In this document: in pieces, positions 1-13,399 of the stretch
How the letters are laid out: each line of letters starts with the position of its first letter
Position numbering within the stretch: the stretch's first letter is position 1
Source: Camelus ferus
Taxonomy: Eukaryota
DNA length: 64,000 nucleotides
Direction of reading: 5' to 3'
Assembly (NCBI RefSeq): GCF_009834535.1
Contig: NC_045697.1
Coordinates: 21,888,001-21,952,000 of the forward strand
Notes under the pieces: model-generated
What the model saw: the letters and a program-made list of their open reading frames with translations, nothing else
The model's database searches: none
What the model was told of the DNA's origin: nothing
Program-made: the position numbers and the translations under genes

Positions 1-879
1 TTGCTGATGAAGTCTCTCTCATAATATTACTGTTTATTATTCTTTTATCTGCCAAGTATTTGACAATCCCAGGCCCTTTGTGCTTTTGTTTCTCCCCTGG
101 CTCTTCACCCATGCTTTCACTGGCACTTTTCTCTTTACCTAGAATTTTCTTAACAGCTATTTGACTAAGTGCCTTACAAGACTGCCTAGGAATAATTCAC
201 CTTAGCACTAAAGATTCTTCTCTCAACATTAGCACCTAAATGTGAAACATCTGAAGCTGTATCATACCAGGCCCTGTCTCTCCACGGACTCTCAGGAACA
301 TGGTTACTTTGTTACAGTTATGAAATGAAACCAGGCAGATCCTTGGATGTAGTACAAAAGAGAAAGTTGTAGTTTATGCATGTTGGCTATTGACTGCTAA
401 ATTGATTCAGTGAAGAAAGCTGAATCAAAACCCCAGGCTATCTTTCATAGCAAAAGTGAGGCAGGAGATTAGAGGAGGCTCAAGTAACAGGATAGTGAAA
501 AGGACCAGGATAGGCAACAAGTTACACCCAGGAGAAGCTGTCAGCAGTGAACTCCAGTTACTGGGAAATAACATGCCCAGAAGAATTCCATTGCTGAAGA
601 GACTGGAAGGGATTCAAGCCATAAGAAAGGAAAAGGGAACAAGATAGGGATCCAGCCATGGGGAAAGATGGGCCCATGGAGGTTATCCAGCAGCTAATCA
701 ACCGAGTTACCTCACAGAAAGACACATTCCATGGAAAAAGGACCCAAATCACAAAGTGACTAGGAGAGTGGCACCCAGAAACCAAGCCAGGATACAACAA
801 TATTTATTCAATTCTCCTCTAGGAATCAGTAACCAAGGGCAATATATATTTTTCAGGCCTGGATATAGCATTAGTATCA

Positions 880-1315
880 AAGCCTGGAGTAATATTGAAG
901 CATTTATGGATACTGAGAAATCATAGAAAGAGTCCTGAATTAGCATCAGCAATCATCTTCCCACAAGGTCTTATTAAACATTCACTCTGCATATCTTGTT
1001 TGTGGTACTCAAAGCAGATAATCTTTTTGTCCAGACAATCAGGAGGGCAGCTTTCTGACTTCACTTCCACTACTGACTGCAACCATAAGTCAGAAACTTC
1101 TCCTGAGGGTCGTCAGGCTAGCCACTGCACAAGGCCCCATTCAATACTAACTGCCTGAAGTTCTGAAATTAAGCAGAGATCTGTGTACTTAAGTATGATT
1201 TTTGGACTGTTTGGATCAATTTTGATGTATGAAGAGTCTATGTCAACAGGTACCTTTATTCCTCTGCTAAAAAGAAACTTCTTGTTCTCTGATGGGGGCT
1301 TCATGTTGCTCTTCC
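880..1315 (-). pseudogene. Terminal or near-terminal exon remnant, PIN-like region (KKFLFSRGIKVPVDID...WLA*RPS...KKIICFEYHKQDMQSECLIR...)
   Basis: Acceptor aacaattattttag|; about 130 codons in one frame with a single internal TGA at 1115-1113; YHKQDMQSECLIR (1007-969) recalls TASOR-family YHNCDSQ...DCLIR (from memory). Confidence 0.6.
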
Positions 1316-1651
1316 CTAAAATAATTGTTATTTTATTTCAAAATAAATGGATTTAACGTACAGCTAATCAGAAATGCAGAAAGGAGTAATTGTCTTGGCA
1401 CGAAAATCTCAAGATTAAATCAGCCAACCCAACAACTGAAAATCTTGAACTCTAGATTTAATGGAATGAGGACAAGATGTTATTGCCAGAAGACAGAGCT
1501 ACAATTATGTGCTTTAAACAATGGCTGCATTGTAACACCCAGGTATTAAGTAGAAATTCTTAATTAAAAGATCCTATGATATTGCTACAGGTCCTTAAAT
1601 TTATGAAGTACCCAATAAGTGCAGTTTGAATTTAAAAATGCTTAATAATGA

Positions 1652-1870
1652 GACATTAGCTAACAGTGAGCACTTACTATGTCCTTGGCACTGTAGTAAG
1701 AGCTTAAATATAGGAATTTGTTGAATCCTTATAACGACCCTATGGAGTAGGTAAGTCTTACAAATTAAAAATAAAACCAACCAAACACACAAATAAACTA
1801 TGACACAGAGAAGCCAGGTAAGTTGCCTAATTTCACACAGCTGGTTAAGTCCAGGCACTACCGGTATTGC
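1652..1870 (-). mobile_element. MIR SINE
   Basis: gagcacttactatgtccttggcactg...gacacagagaag...aagttgcctaatttcacacagctg matches the MIR core in antisense. Confidence 0.75.
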
Positions 1871-2586
1871 CTTCATGCACCCTTGCTCTACCGTGTCCTC
1901 TGAGCTACGTGTCCCAGAGGAGATTCCAAAAGTAGATGATCATTCTTTAGAAATAACTATTAGTCATTTTTGCAAGGCTCCAAACATAGATTAGTTTTGC
2001 CATATGGCTGTTATTATTAACATTAATCAATATTTGTAAGACATCTTATATATGTGAAGCTTTATACCTCAGGGTAATGTTGAAGAATGTATTATTAGTT
2101 CACCTGCTTCAAGAAACCAAACAAAAAGGTCCCAGGGACTGGGCCATTTACTCACTGTTCTATTAGAGTTGATCTTGTCTAAGTGTTTAATGCTCTTAAC
2201 ACCCTGGGGTCACAAGTACTAAACTCACCAGAGTCCTTTTTGACATTTATAGTAGGAAATCTGTTAGTAAATTTGCATGAGAAACAAAGTTGTGAAAAGA
2301 AGAAACTGTTTGGCAAATATGAAGGAAGCAAAAGGGTTGCAGAAGGGAAAAATAGGTGCAAGTAAAATGATGCTGAAAAATGGAGCAGGCTTTTTTGTCT
2401 GGCCACACATCAAAAAAATGACTTTTAATTAATACATCACGATTTCCAAGTCACTCTTCTGCGTCTTTTATGTATAATTATATAATATAAAACTTATAAT
2501 AATTTTGAGGAATTAGTAACTTTGCCAACATTTTACAAATGCCTTGGGTAAAGACTATTTCTAATAATATTTTCCCTACCCCTCAC

Positions 2587-3161
2587 CAAGTTTCTCTCGA
2601 GACCACAGTTCTTCTTAGTTGTATCCAATTACGGCTCTAAAGAAAGTGGAGAACTTAAACCTTGAGCAGGATCCAAAAGTTTTTAGCAGAGGCTCTGGTT
2701 ATAAGGGTGGAGGGCAGAAGAGGGTGACATTATTTTTTCAACTAGATTAGAGTCCCTGGGAAAGCCAGTAAGCGGTAATGTCCTGGCATAAGGGACAGGG
2801 AAAACACGTAGGGCAAATCTCATTCCCACCTGCAATATTTTTTATACTTAGAAGAACTCGCTAAATATAGGAAGACCTTGTTAAAAGTGATCAAGCCTTT
2901 CACTGAAATGGAAATGAAGTGGCTAAATATTCCAGATGTATATTATCATCATCTGGAAGAACCTTCTCCCTCTTTGTCAATCCCCTCAAAATTCCATGCT
3001 TTTCCAAGCCACCAGTCAGTGGACAAGGTAGTCCCAAAGTGAAAGGACCAAGATGATCAATCAGATTCATTGACTCCTTAGGGATGACTTTGTCCATAGT
3101 ATGAAATGATTACATGGTAACAAATGCAGGACTGCAAGAAATTTTCCAGTCCCTGTTGATC
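2587..3161 (-). pseudogene. Exon remnant (~575 nt), DomII/PIN-proximal region (KVFLYLASS / IAGGNEICPTCF...LLKTFGSCSRFKFSTFFRAVIGYN*EELWSREKL)
   Basis: Acceptor catgcttgtag|, donor TTG|gtgagg; the final frame ends in phase 1, in frame with the next exon; GGNEICPTCF recalls TASOR-family GGHTEIEPQHF (from memory). Confidence 0.55.
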
Positions 3162-3807
3162 CTACAAGCATGTATGTAGATTTTCTGAAAATTGTGAACC
3201 AAATGTACTTTGAAAAGTGGGATTGTGTGGAAATGAAAAGGTATTTTATCTCTCTTCAGGATGGCCTTAAATTATCTCAAGCCTTTTCGTAGATGAATTT
3301 CATTTATACCGATATGCAAAACATTACACTTCTTAAGCTCCCAACTAAAATAATAAGTAACTCTTACTTAAAAGAGTCTTTTCCTCACAAATCATTCAAG
3401 TGTATTGGTCTTCTTAATGTACACCTCACCTCATCTTTTCAAATTGTAAAATAATACAATTTTAATTTTTTAAAAATGTCAGAAATGTATGTTTAAAAAC
3501 AAACATAATCTTAGCAAAATCGCAGCAAACATAACATTCCTGATCACCTCTTTCTTTCCCAGCTGCTACCTAAAAAATTGTCAACCTAAATAAATGTCTG
3601 AAGCACCTGGAGTACAGAGCCACCTGCTTAAGTGTATTTTACACTGCATATTTAATATGTTTTTGTATTATTTTTTCAGTAGGATTATAAAGCAGAAAGA
3701 TTTTCATTTAATGCTTTTGAAAGGTAGATATTGTGAGTGTAATAAAAAGCTGTACAGTGCATTCATATGTAACATTTGCACAACCAAGGTCAGGTCTATT
3801 TGTTTAC

Positions 3808-3976
3808 CCAAAAAAAAGGGCAAATCTATGCATGATTCATTGTATTGGGCTCTGTAATGCCCAATTCTGAACCCTGCCAGGGTCTGATTGATTGTTCTAT
3901 TAATACATCCAAGGCAAAAAATGAAGAATAAATCAAGCAATCCAGGACCAACTTAGTCATGCTACAGAGACATGGT
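3808..3976 (-). pseudogene. Probable exon remnant, 169 nt
   Basis: Very strong acceptor ttttgctttttggcttttag| and donor GG|gtaaac; long open stretches in two frames (overlaps ORF-track 3704-3940); no motif recognised. Confidence 0.5.
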
Positions 3977-4369
3977 CTAAAAGCCAAAAAGCAAAATCCT
4001 TCGCAAAGCTTGGCTGAGTACCTATTGACTGCCTGCTAAATCACTGCTGTCTTGGTGAATTAGGCTGTTCCGGGGGAGAAGAGGGGAGGCAAAGCCAGAG
4101 GAGGGGGGCCAGAAAGGGCAAGGAGTCATGGTTGATACATGTTAGTGGTATTTGAGCTAATATTTGTAGGTATTAAACTATATGTGACCTGCATTTCCTA
4201 TGATGAGGTGCTCTGTTTTTCAAGTTATTGCCCTTCCAGAAATGTTCTTTTTAAAATCAAAGTGCATCAGAGAAAGGTGATATATTAATAAATTTATTTG
4301 TTAATGACCAGCAAACCAGGAAACAGAAAAGATCTTCAGGACAGGATGAGTTCTTTTTTGAACAGCATA

Positions 4370-4800
4370 TATGCATATTCTCAGCCTCCTTACCTCCCAT
4401 TCAGTCCTCAGCCTCCTGGAGTTTGGCTTGGGTCCCTACCACCCTAGCAAAGATCTTTTTATGGTCACCACTTATATCCTAATTGCCAAAGTAAAAGAGC
4501 ACATTTTACTGCTTACTTTACTAAAACTTACTGCTGCTTTTAAATTGGTGAATCATTTCACTGTTCTTGAAATGTGCTTTCCTTTTACCTTGTCCCCACC
4601 AACCCTTGAGTGATCTTACACTTCTTCTTGCCCTACTTCTATATAGCCTCCTCACCCTCCATCCATTCCAGGCTTTTGTTCTCAGAACTCTTCTCTTTTT
4701 ACTCCTCAAGCCCAGGTTTTTAGCATGAAACACTGTTAATCATTCCTAAATCTATATACCTTCAGCACAAAATCTGTTATGGTTCTGAAAGCCATATACC
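4370..4800 (+). mobile_element. L2 LINE fragment
   Basis: Pyrimidine-rich, L2-like motifs (ggtcaccacttatatcctaattgccaaa). Confidence 0.55.
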
Positions 4801-4842
4801 CAAGGGCCTACTAAACTGAGTCATGGTGTCAACCCTCAACTG

Positions 4843-4879
4843 TCAGCAAACCCCACCCATCAGCAAACCCCACCCATCA
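4843..4879. repeat. 17-bp tandem duplication (tcagcaaaccccaccca x2)
   Basis: Two exact adjacent copies. Confidence 0.9.
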
Positions 4880-5639
4880 CCAAGTAAGTCCTCTTGCTTT
4901 TATTACCTAAAAAGTGGCCTGCCCTCATCCCCTCCCTGCTAGTGCCCCACCCTCCTCTCTTCCAGTCAACAGCCCTCTCTATCCTGAACTCTTGCTTCTT
5001 TCAAAGGCTGCTAGTCTCTTGATTTGTCACTAGGTTTGAGCTCTTCAAATCTGTCCCCTGAAAATTTGCCATCTAAGAGGCAGACAATAAACAAAATAAG
5101 CAAATATGTAAATATTAAATTATTAATTAAATATGCATAAATAATGCAAATATATAATTACATATATGTAATTAAATAAAAATAAATCTGTAGAAAATAT
5201 GAGGAGAAAAAGTCAGGGTAGGGAATGGGGAACACAGCGTAGGGTAGAGCACCGCCCACTAAATACTGATAGGATGACTCCTCCCTACTATTTTAATTTC
5301 ATGCCCCCAATTTTAAAGTTTTAAACCAAAGTACTTGGGTTTTTTTGGGTTTTTTTAGAATACACTATGTTGTTTGCTACTCCTATATCTTGGTTTATGC
5401 GGGCCTCTCTGCCAGCAATATCCTTTCCTTCTTCACAGAGGAATCCTTGCCCACTTAAGCATCACTGGACCTGCACTGGGCTGGCACAACGTTTGGACCT
5501 TCTAGTTCCATGTGTACCCTGTGCGTTCCTCTACTCTGCAATTATGCTGTAAATTATTATTTTCAGTTTATTGTTCTGTCTCTCTCAGGCAGACTATAAG
5601 ACAGGGATCAGATCTTGCTCATATGTGTATCCCCAACAT

Positions 5640-6103
5640 ATTCAAATAGGAATCACATTATTTGTCCCATGAGTGTATGTTATTTCTATGATTCCACAGT
5701 TGTTCAACTTCCACTTCTTTTCATATTGACACATTCTTTCTATAGATACACTACTTTTTTTTTCTCCATTTACAGTTCAGGATAGTTGATTTAAAAGATG
5801 GTCTATTTCTTTCCAGTGTTTTTCATTTCTATGTAATGTGGTTTAAAATTCAGAGTAATCAGTCTAAAAGACTCCAAAATCAGTCTTTTATCCATTTCCA
5901 AATTTTTGGGGTAGGATGAGGTGAGGGAGGTCACACCAATGTAGTCCCCAAATCCAAAGAGTGCAAACAGTATGTGCATTTTTTTTTAATGTAGAGAAAT
6001 GACCTCTCTGTAAAATGGGAGGATGGAAAGGGAAAAAAATACATCATATCTTTTCTAATCATAGTCACTGTATCACAAGAAAACAGAGACAGTTGAAGGA
6101 AAC
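5640..6103 (-). pseudogene. Exon remnant, end of SPOC-like domain (GFLQLSLFSCDTVTMIRKDMMYFFPFPSSHFTERSFLYIKKK / MHILFALFGFGDY...); 3' boundary uncertain
   Basis: Acceptor attagtttatag|, phase 1 in frame with the previous exon; a 1-nt frameshift in the A9 run (T9 at 5979-5987 on +) joins two long open frames. Confidence 0.6.
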
Positions 6104-6247
6104 CTATAAACTAATAATTAAGATAGATAATTGAGAAAAATAAGAACAGAGAAACAAAATCAAAGACTTTGTACTATAAAAGTGGGTGGCCAAAGACACT
6201 ACAATTTGAATTTTTGTATCCAGATTATTTGAAGAGTGTCACCTCAC

Positions 6248-6342
6248 CACAATTTTAAAGCATTGCTCTATTTACATTATTTTTAATTTAGGTTGTCTGA
6301 TTTACTGTATCTTTTTCCACTTCACATTTTACACATTTATAG
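6248..6342 (-). pseudogene. Exon remnant, 95 nt: YKCVKCEVEKDTVNQTT*IKNNVNRAML*NC
   Basis: Acceptor tatactttttaagcag|, donor GTG|gtgagg; phase 2->1 links both neighbours; two TAA stops; the joined NGTIYKCVKCEVEKD recalls TASOR NGMYCSLYEVVEKT (from memory). Confidence 0.65.
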
Positions 6343-8203
6343 CTGCTTAAAAAGTATATATGTTTGTGTACACATATACATATATTTTTATTTTTATAAA
6401 TGCTAAATATATATTTTAAGATTTATGAATAATATACCTTGAGCTATAACAATATTTTTGATAAAGGTGAACTTTTATTCTTAAAAATGTTATAAATTAG
6501 ATGTACTGACAGTTTAACAAACATAGGACAAATTCTGCAAGTAAATTATTCATGTAAATTAATAGAAATTTCAGTTTGTTGCTGGTCATTAAAATTAGTA
6601 ATGGAAAACAAATAACCAAAAGGTAAATGTAAACTAATTTATAACATCTCATTAAAAATGCTTTGTCAAAAAATAGTATCTTTCAAGTGAAAAGTAACTG
6701 GAGCAATGAATTAGCCTAGGTTTTAATTAAAAATTGAAAATCCAGTATAACTGTTACCTAATTTCACCAGCTAGAAAAACAGAGTACAATATAATTCAGT
6801 TAAACTGATTTATCATTTATATTTATTAATGAAGATATATTTGGAGTATTATGTTTGATATACACTTTGCAAATTAATTACAAACAAGGTTCATAAGAAG
6901 GTGGGTATTTGAAAAGAGATGCATCAATCATATACCACGTAATTTTGCTCATATTAATATGTTCTTAAGTATCTGACAAAGCAAACTAAAATAGCTTTAA
7001 AAAATGTTAAGGATTAATAATGTGCATTACCCCGATACAGAATGCACAATAAGCAAAGATGAGCACTAACGTTTGCCCACAGACTGTTTAGCCATAGACT
7101 AGTTCTAAAACATAAGTGAGTAGATATATTCAAATAACCAAATAGCTTTCTATTTTCTAATATTTAATCCCATGCTGAAAAGCATTCCATTTTTGTAATT
7201 TTCTTATTTTCACACTGGCATCTGAACATTTTTATTTGCTATCCATCCATATTTTCAAATTTATCATCATTTTTCTACCCTCAAATGCCCTTTTTATTCT
7301 TCATATTACTTTAACTAATGACACTTGAGAGAGCCTACAGATTTTTCCGTAACCAGTGCTTCAGTTAATGTTATTCCCAAACGTGACATCCTTCAGTGAC
7401 TAACCATTGCTTACTAAAGGAATTCCAATTTCCTTAGAATGCTATTTGCATCATTTATGACTTAGTCTCAAACCGTCTTTCTGGATTTAGCTCTCACTAA
7501 GATATATCAAAACTCTGCAGTGTAATCAAACTGACTACATGTTATTGCATAGATGTATACCTTTTATTTTAAATTCTGAGTTTAGCTTGTGCTGTTCTTT
7601 TACCTCTGGTTTGAAGGGGCATTTAATCTAATCTCTAATTCCCCTTTTGTCAGATCTCCATGTATTAAAAATTATCCATACTTCAAGCCCTATTTCAAAT
7701 TTCAACTCATCCACAAATCTTTCCCTTATCACCTAAGACATAATAATTTTTTCTTCCACTTAATTCCTATTAAGGCTGTATATTAATTACATTTCTGTAG
7801 ATATTTTTTATTTTAATACAGTTATACTCAGAACCAATGATGGCCAAGACACTGTTAGGCAGTACGAGGGATACTGCAGTTAAAAAAAAATACTAATTTA
7901 AAAAAAATACTAATTATATTAAAAGATTATTATAATCTAATGGAAATACAAGGTCCATGTACAAATGACAATAATATCAAAAAGAGTGAGAAAGTTTTCC
8001 TAAGAAAAGTATATAAAAATTCTGGGGGGTGGGGGGATATTAAAATCTGCTGCTGAGAAAAGCTTCATTTGTGATAACTGATGTAGATCCTGAACAAAAT
8101 GAAATGATTTTGGCAGTCAGAGATAAGGTGCAGAATATTCCCAGTTAAATAAATATGAATCAAGGTACAGAGACAAAAATGTTCAGAGTATGCTCACGGA
8201 TAG

Positions 8204-8590
8204 TGCTATGGATTGAGCAATGTCCCTTCAAAATTTATATGTTGAAGGCCTAGTCTCCTGCACCTCAAAACATAACTGTATTTGGAGCTAGAGCTATTAA
8301 AGAGGTAATTAAGTTAGCATGAAGCTGTTAGGGTGGTCCTAATTCAATCTGACCTATGTCCTTAGAAGAAGAGGAAGTTTGGACACACAGAGAGACACAA
8401 GGGATGCACACACAGAGAAAAAAGGCCATGCAAGTGCACAGTGAGAAGATGGTTACCTACAGGCCAGGGAGAGAAACCATCCATGACGACAGCTTGATCT
8501 TGGACTTTTAGCCTCCGGAACTGGAAGAAAAAAAATTTCTGTTGTTTAAGCCACCAGGTATATTGTTATGGCAGCCATAGTGAACAGATA
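8204..8590 (+). mobile_element. MaLR solo LTR (MLT1-type)
   Basis: tgctatggattgag...atatgttgaag...ggacttttagcctccggaactg...ttgttatggcagcc, typical MLT1. Confidence 0.85.
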
Positions 8591-9731
8591 TTTTATTGTT
8601 ATGCAGCATAAATACCAAGTGATGGAAGATAAAGCTGGATATACATGTTGGAGTTAATAATATAAATAAGTTTAGTGAATTAATACATACAATACACATA
8701 AAGTAGGCCAGTATCTTGACTACTCAACCTACATTCTACTTCAAATGATTAATCTTAACTAATCATGGTAATCTGATGCCTCTTGCTTGCCAATGGTCAA
8801 CTTATGGATAGGCAATCTTAAGTCATTTTTGGCCAAAGAGACATGAGGTAGTAGGGATGCTTCTGGGGACAGTTTTCTTATCCATAAGAGAGAACAGAGG
8901 CAGAGATAGTTACTTTCTTCCTTCTTATGTTGTCTTGTTTGTATATGAGTCTGGGACCACAGCAGGCATTTTATTACCAGCCAGAGGACAAAGGGATTCC
9001 TGACAGAAGAGCAAGATGATGATGCCACTGACCTACTTAATCAACCTCCCCTGGTTATCTGTTCTACATCTGACTCCCTATTAATTAAGATAGTAAATTT
9101 TTCATTAGCTAGGACAAATTGAGATAAGTATAATGTTCCTTGCAGCCAAAAGCAACTTAAACCAATACTAGGCTGAGCTGAGTAATACATTCTATAGTCA
9201 AAGAATATAGAATAGTATCATCATTAAAGAACTGTAATTAGTAGTAATGTTTTAGAAGTAATGTATGTGGGATTAGAGTGAAGAAAGGCATGAAGTTGGT
9301 AGATCCAGTTAAGAGGCTAATTATCCTACTGATATTTAAAGAGGTTTAAAGCTCTTTCTAGGAACATGACAAAATTCTAGAGAGGATGACAGCGGTAGTG
9401 GAAAAGCGTGATAGGATTTTTTTCCCCAGCTTCTTTGTTATTATTCAAATTCAGGTAATCATATATTCTTTCCTGACTTACTGTAGTAGCTGTCGTGAAT
9501 TTATGCTCCTGCCTTTAAGTCCACTACCTTATACTCATCCTCTTTCTCTGTCCTTCTAAAACCCATTTACCACATAGCTACTAGGATTATCTTTACAAAA
9601 ATATTAATTCTACTCATGTCACTTAAAATATTTTCATTGCCTTTCCAGTCATTTAGAATAAAACCCAAACTACTTAGCATCCTATACAGGACTTTTCATA
9701 ATCTGTCCCTCTATGTCCCATCCTAACACAC

Positions 9732-10150
9732 TGCTTTGGGTTGAATTTTGTCCGCTCAAAGAAAGGTATGTTGAAGTCCTAACCCCCAATACCTCAGAAT
9801 ATGACCTTAGTTGGAAATAGAGTTCTTACAAATTAGTTGAGTATACAGTGCAGCAGAGTGAGCACTTAATCCATTATGACTGGTACCCTTATGGGAAAAC
9901 AGCCATGTGTATGTAGACAGAGACATATGTGAAAATGGAGGAATGGAATGATACATCTACATCTGAGGGATGCTGGGTTGTCAGAAAGTAGGAGAGAGGC
10001 ATGGGACAGATTCTCACTTGAAAGGATCAATCCTGCTGACACCTTGATCATGGACTTCTAGCCTTCAGAACTGTGAAATAATACATTTCTATTATTTTAA
10101 GCCACCCAATTTGTGGTATGTTGTTATGGCAGCCCTAGGAAGCTAATACA
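9732..10150 (+). mobile_element. MaLR solo LTR (MLT1B/C-like)
   Basis: gggttgaattttgtcc...gttgaagtcctaaccccc...ggacttctagccttcagaactgtg...gcagccctaggaagctaataca. Confidence 0.85.
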
Positions 10151-11219
10151 CTTCTTTCTTTCCCTCCCTCCTTTCTTCTTTCCCTTCCCTCCCCATCTTC
10201 CTTTTCCATTGATTCAGCAACATTTAGCTGGAATGTTTTGTGCCTAACACTGAATATTCCATGAGGACAAAACAGTCAAGGTGACTACAGTCATGGAGGT
10301 TAGAGTCTAATAGGGGACAGATACACATTTGCATTAAACTGTAGACCTCTGAATTAAAAAAAACAACCATGAATTATTCTCTAATTAAAATATATACATG
10401 GACACACACAAACAACAATATTAAAGAAAATGTAATAAAACAAGAACAATTATTCATTTCCACAGCTTCTTTTCCATCCTTTGTCCATGTGCATAACTAT
10501 TAATAACAACAACAATTAACAATGAATAGTTATGGGTCAGATACTATGCTAAGTACTTTTATGACTTAAGCTTCAAATATTTGTAGATTATCTTAATCAT
10601 AACGTATATACCATATTAAGTGCTTAATGAACAGCAGTTGTCCTAATTATCCTAGAGTTTTGTTTTAATTTTTAAAATTGTTTTTGGAATATATTTATTT
10701 GAATAGAATCAGCAGGTGAAATTAATGAACCATTTTTAAGGGGCCCTGAATACATGATTTTTCATATATTCTAAAAGATTTGTTCCAAGTAACAATAATT
10801 TAACTAATGTATAATGTACTAGTATTAAATGTATTATTTGTCATCTGTTTTCTTTAAAAAATGGTTACTAATATTTTTAACTTAAAGTTGACCCATCCTG
10901 CTCATCTGTACTTCCTCTGGTATGAGTTCTTTCTGCATGTTATAATCTATGCATGTTTAGCTTAATGTTTTTACCTATAAATAATTATCACAGATGTTTT
11001 GTTTGTCATATTGATTCAAACAATGTTTTCATTTGTTATTTTTTATTTCATTATTCACTTTTTACAGAGTTTTTATTATGTATATATTCAAGTTTTTCAA
11101 TATTTTCATTGTATTTTCTATTAACATTTCAAAGCTTTGAAAGTTATCACTGACTGAATTAAATATTCAGTTTCACTGTCTTCTAGCTCCTCTATGAACT
11201 TTGTTTTAACTCATTAATG

Positions 11220-12040
11220 CATTTTCACGTCTTGATCTCCCAGCTCTTCTTGACTGACCCTGGGACTTTCATCTTATTTTCTCTTAAACTGCTCTGGTCA
11301 CGGTTACTGCTCTGGTCAAGTGGCCATTGACCTATATCATGCCAAAGTGAGTCATTAATTGTCATTCTTCATTCCACCCCTTCAAATATTTTTTCCACTT
11401 GTCTCTCACAGTACCACAGTCTCCTGGGCTCTCCCTAATTGTCTGGCAACTCTTTTTTCGTTCCACTTCCTAACTTTCGTAGTATCCCAGTCCTTCAGTC
11501 CTTGTCATTACTCTCTTCTCTGCCTGAACACACTTGTTCACTCCCAAGGCTTTCAATATCATCTGTAAATTGTGACTCTGAAATTTACACCTATAGTCAT
11601 GCACAGCCCCACTAAATTTGTATATCTAACTTTCTGCCTAGTATCTCCAAATAAATGTCTAACAAAGAGCATAAACCTAAGACATTCAGCAAGGCTCTAG
11701 ATTCTCTCCCATCCCACCCCAACTCAACCTTCCAACAATCCTTCCTATCTCAGCATCAGCAGTTGCTACAACTGTTGAGGCAGTTGTTGTGTTATCATCT
11801 CTGCTTCTTCTCTTACAATTCACATTTAATCCATCTCAATCCTCTCTCAGGTGTTCTGTCATAATATAGGCTAAATCTGGTCACTTTTCATCACTTCTAA
11901 CCTATTAAACATTGGACAAGAACTTTTTTGTCTCTAGAATGGACCTCTCTATGCTGTTGCCTCCTAAATGCCTTCTTGTTTCTTACTTGCCTTCTGATGG
12001 CCTGTTTTCCACAAGTAACAAGAGTGAACTCTCTTAAATA
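11220..12040 (+). mobile_element. L2 LINE fragment
   Basis: cactcccaaggctttcaatatcatct...gactctgaaatttacacctatag and other L2 3' motifs. Confidence 0.65.
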
Positions 12041-12331
12041 TGAATAATTAATACTTTACATATATTAGGTCATTTATTTTTCACAATGACCTACTACAAG
12101 GGTTACATTTACTTTTCCATTTCACAGATAAGAAAAATGAGTGACGTACCCAAGATCATTGCTGGTGACAGACAGACTGGGATTGCACCTGCCTGTTTAA
12201 CTCGCACTGTTGTACACTCACACCTCTGCCCAAAACCATTCAACAGCTTTTCATTATGCAGTGTATTAAAGTAAAACACCAAATAGAGACCAGACTTGAA
12301 AATTCCTTGATCAGACAAAACCATGTAAGCC

Positions 12332-12700
12332 ATGTGAGCAAAACTAAATCTAGCACTTTTGATGAACTTAAGTGAAACTTGGGTTCTTATACATGCCGCT
12401 GATTATCAAAAGAAATTTAAGTCATCCTCCTAAAAATGGTATAAGATAATCACTTTTAGCCAATCCCTCGCCATCTGGTATCCCCACTGTATTATCCAAT
12501 CACTGTAAAGGTTAAACAACTTCCTCATTTTCATTTTCACTTTATAACTCATCCTGTAACGTCATGTCTCTGAGCTTCAAAGATGAGTTTTGAATTTTAA
12601 AGCTCCCAGTTCCTGAACTGCTCTTATATGCATAATAAACTGTTACTAAATACTATTTTATTGATCTGGTGGCTTTAATTTTGCTATTTCTGGATTATTG
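12332..12700 (+). mobile_element. Probable ERV solo LTR
   Basis: TG start, agccaatc and atccaatc boxes, tttataa TATA-like site and aataaac polyA signal in LTR order. Confidence 0.5.
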
Positions 12701-13254
12701 AAAATCGATTAAAAAGTGCACTTCTCAGCATGACTCAGGCCCACATCATTTTACACGACTTTGCCCCTGCCTACATCCTCCACTCACAGCAACCACTCTC
12801 CACTCAATCTTTACTGCTTCTCAAACACCACCACGCTGGTTTCCATCTCAGTGCTTCTGCATTTTGTGACATTGTGCTTTCTTTCTAGTCTTCTCCCAGA
12901 TCTTTATATGGCTCCCTCCCCAGTTACTTAGGTATCTGCTCCACTGTCTCTAACAAATCTATCTCACAAACTCTCCCAGGTTTTTCCTCTCTCCATCCCT
13001 TTAATCTCCATCTCCTTAGACTCCTGCATAACCCTCATCACTACCTGGAATCATTAAAATGTATCTGTTTGGTGTTTAACTGTATGAAATTGATAAGCTT
13101 AGCATCATATAGTTTGCTTTAGTTTTGATATCTATATTCTGAAATAACTCTATACTTATTTAAAATGTGTTTCTATTTACTAATACAACCTTGGAAAGAA
13201 GTCAATCTACAAGAAAAATATTTAACCATCCTTATATCCATGCAAAGTGCTCAC

Positions 13255-13293
13255 ATAGTGCCATTTCTATTATAGATATTAGAAAAAGATATA
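13255..13293 (-). pseudogene. Micro-exon, 39 nt: (S)ISFSNIYNRNGT(I)
   Basis: Acceptor gtgttcatttcttaag|, donor |gtgagc; phase 2/2; open. Confidence 0.65.
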
Positions 13294-13399
13294 CTTAAGA
13301 AATGAACACATAAATGTTTTAAAATACATATTTTAGATACCATTAAATAATGATTTTCATTTGGGATACACTTTCTCTGACAACTTTTAAATCACCTAC

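Noticed and set aside
420..952. GPCR/vomeronasal-receptor-like hydrophobic minus-strand frames
   Set aside because: No diagnostic receptor motifs or 7-TM spacing; T-rich codons mimic hydrophobicity.
2811..3042. Plus-strand open frame GKSHSHLQYFLYLEELAKYRK...SVDK with a possible donor
   Set aside because: Poor acceptor and no partner exons; better explained as the antisense shadow of the minus-strand exon.
3142..3161. Walker-A-like GSTGTGK
   Set aside because: Followed by F rather than S/T, the frame stops soon after, and there is no other NTPase motif.
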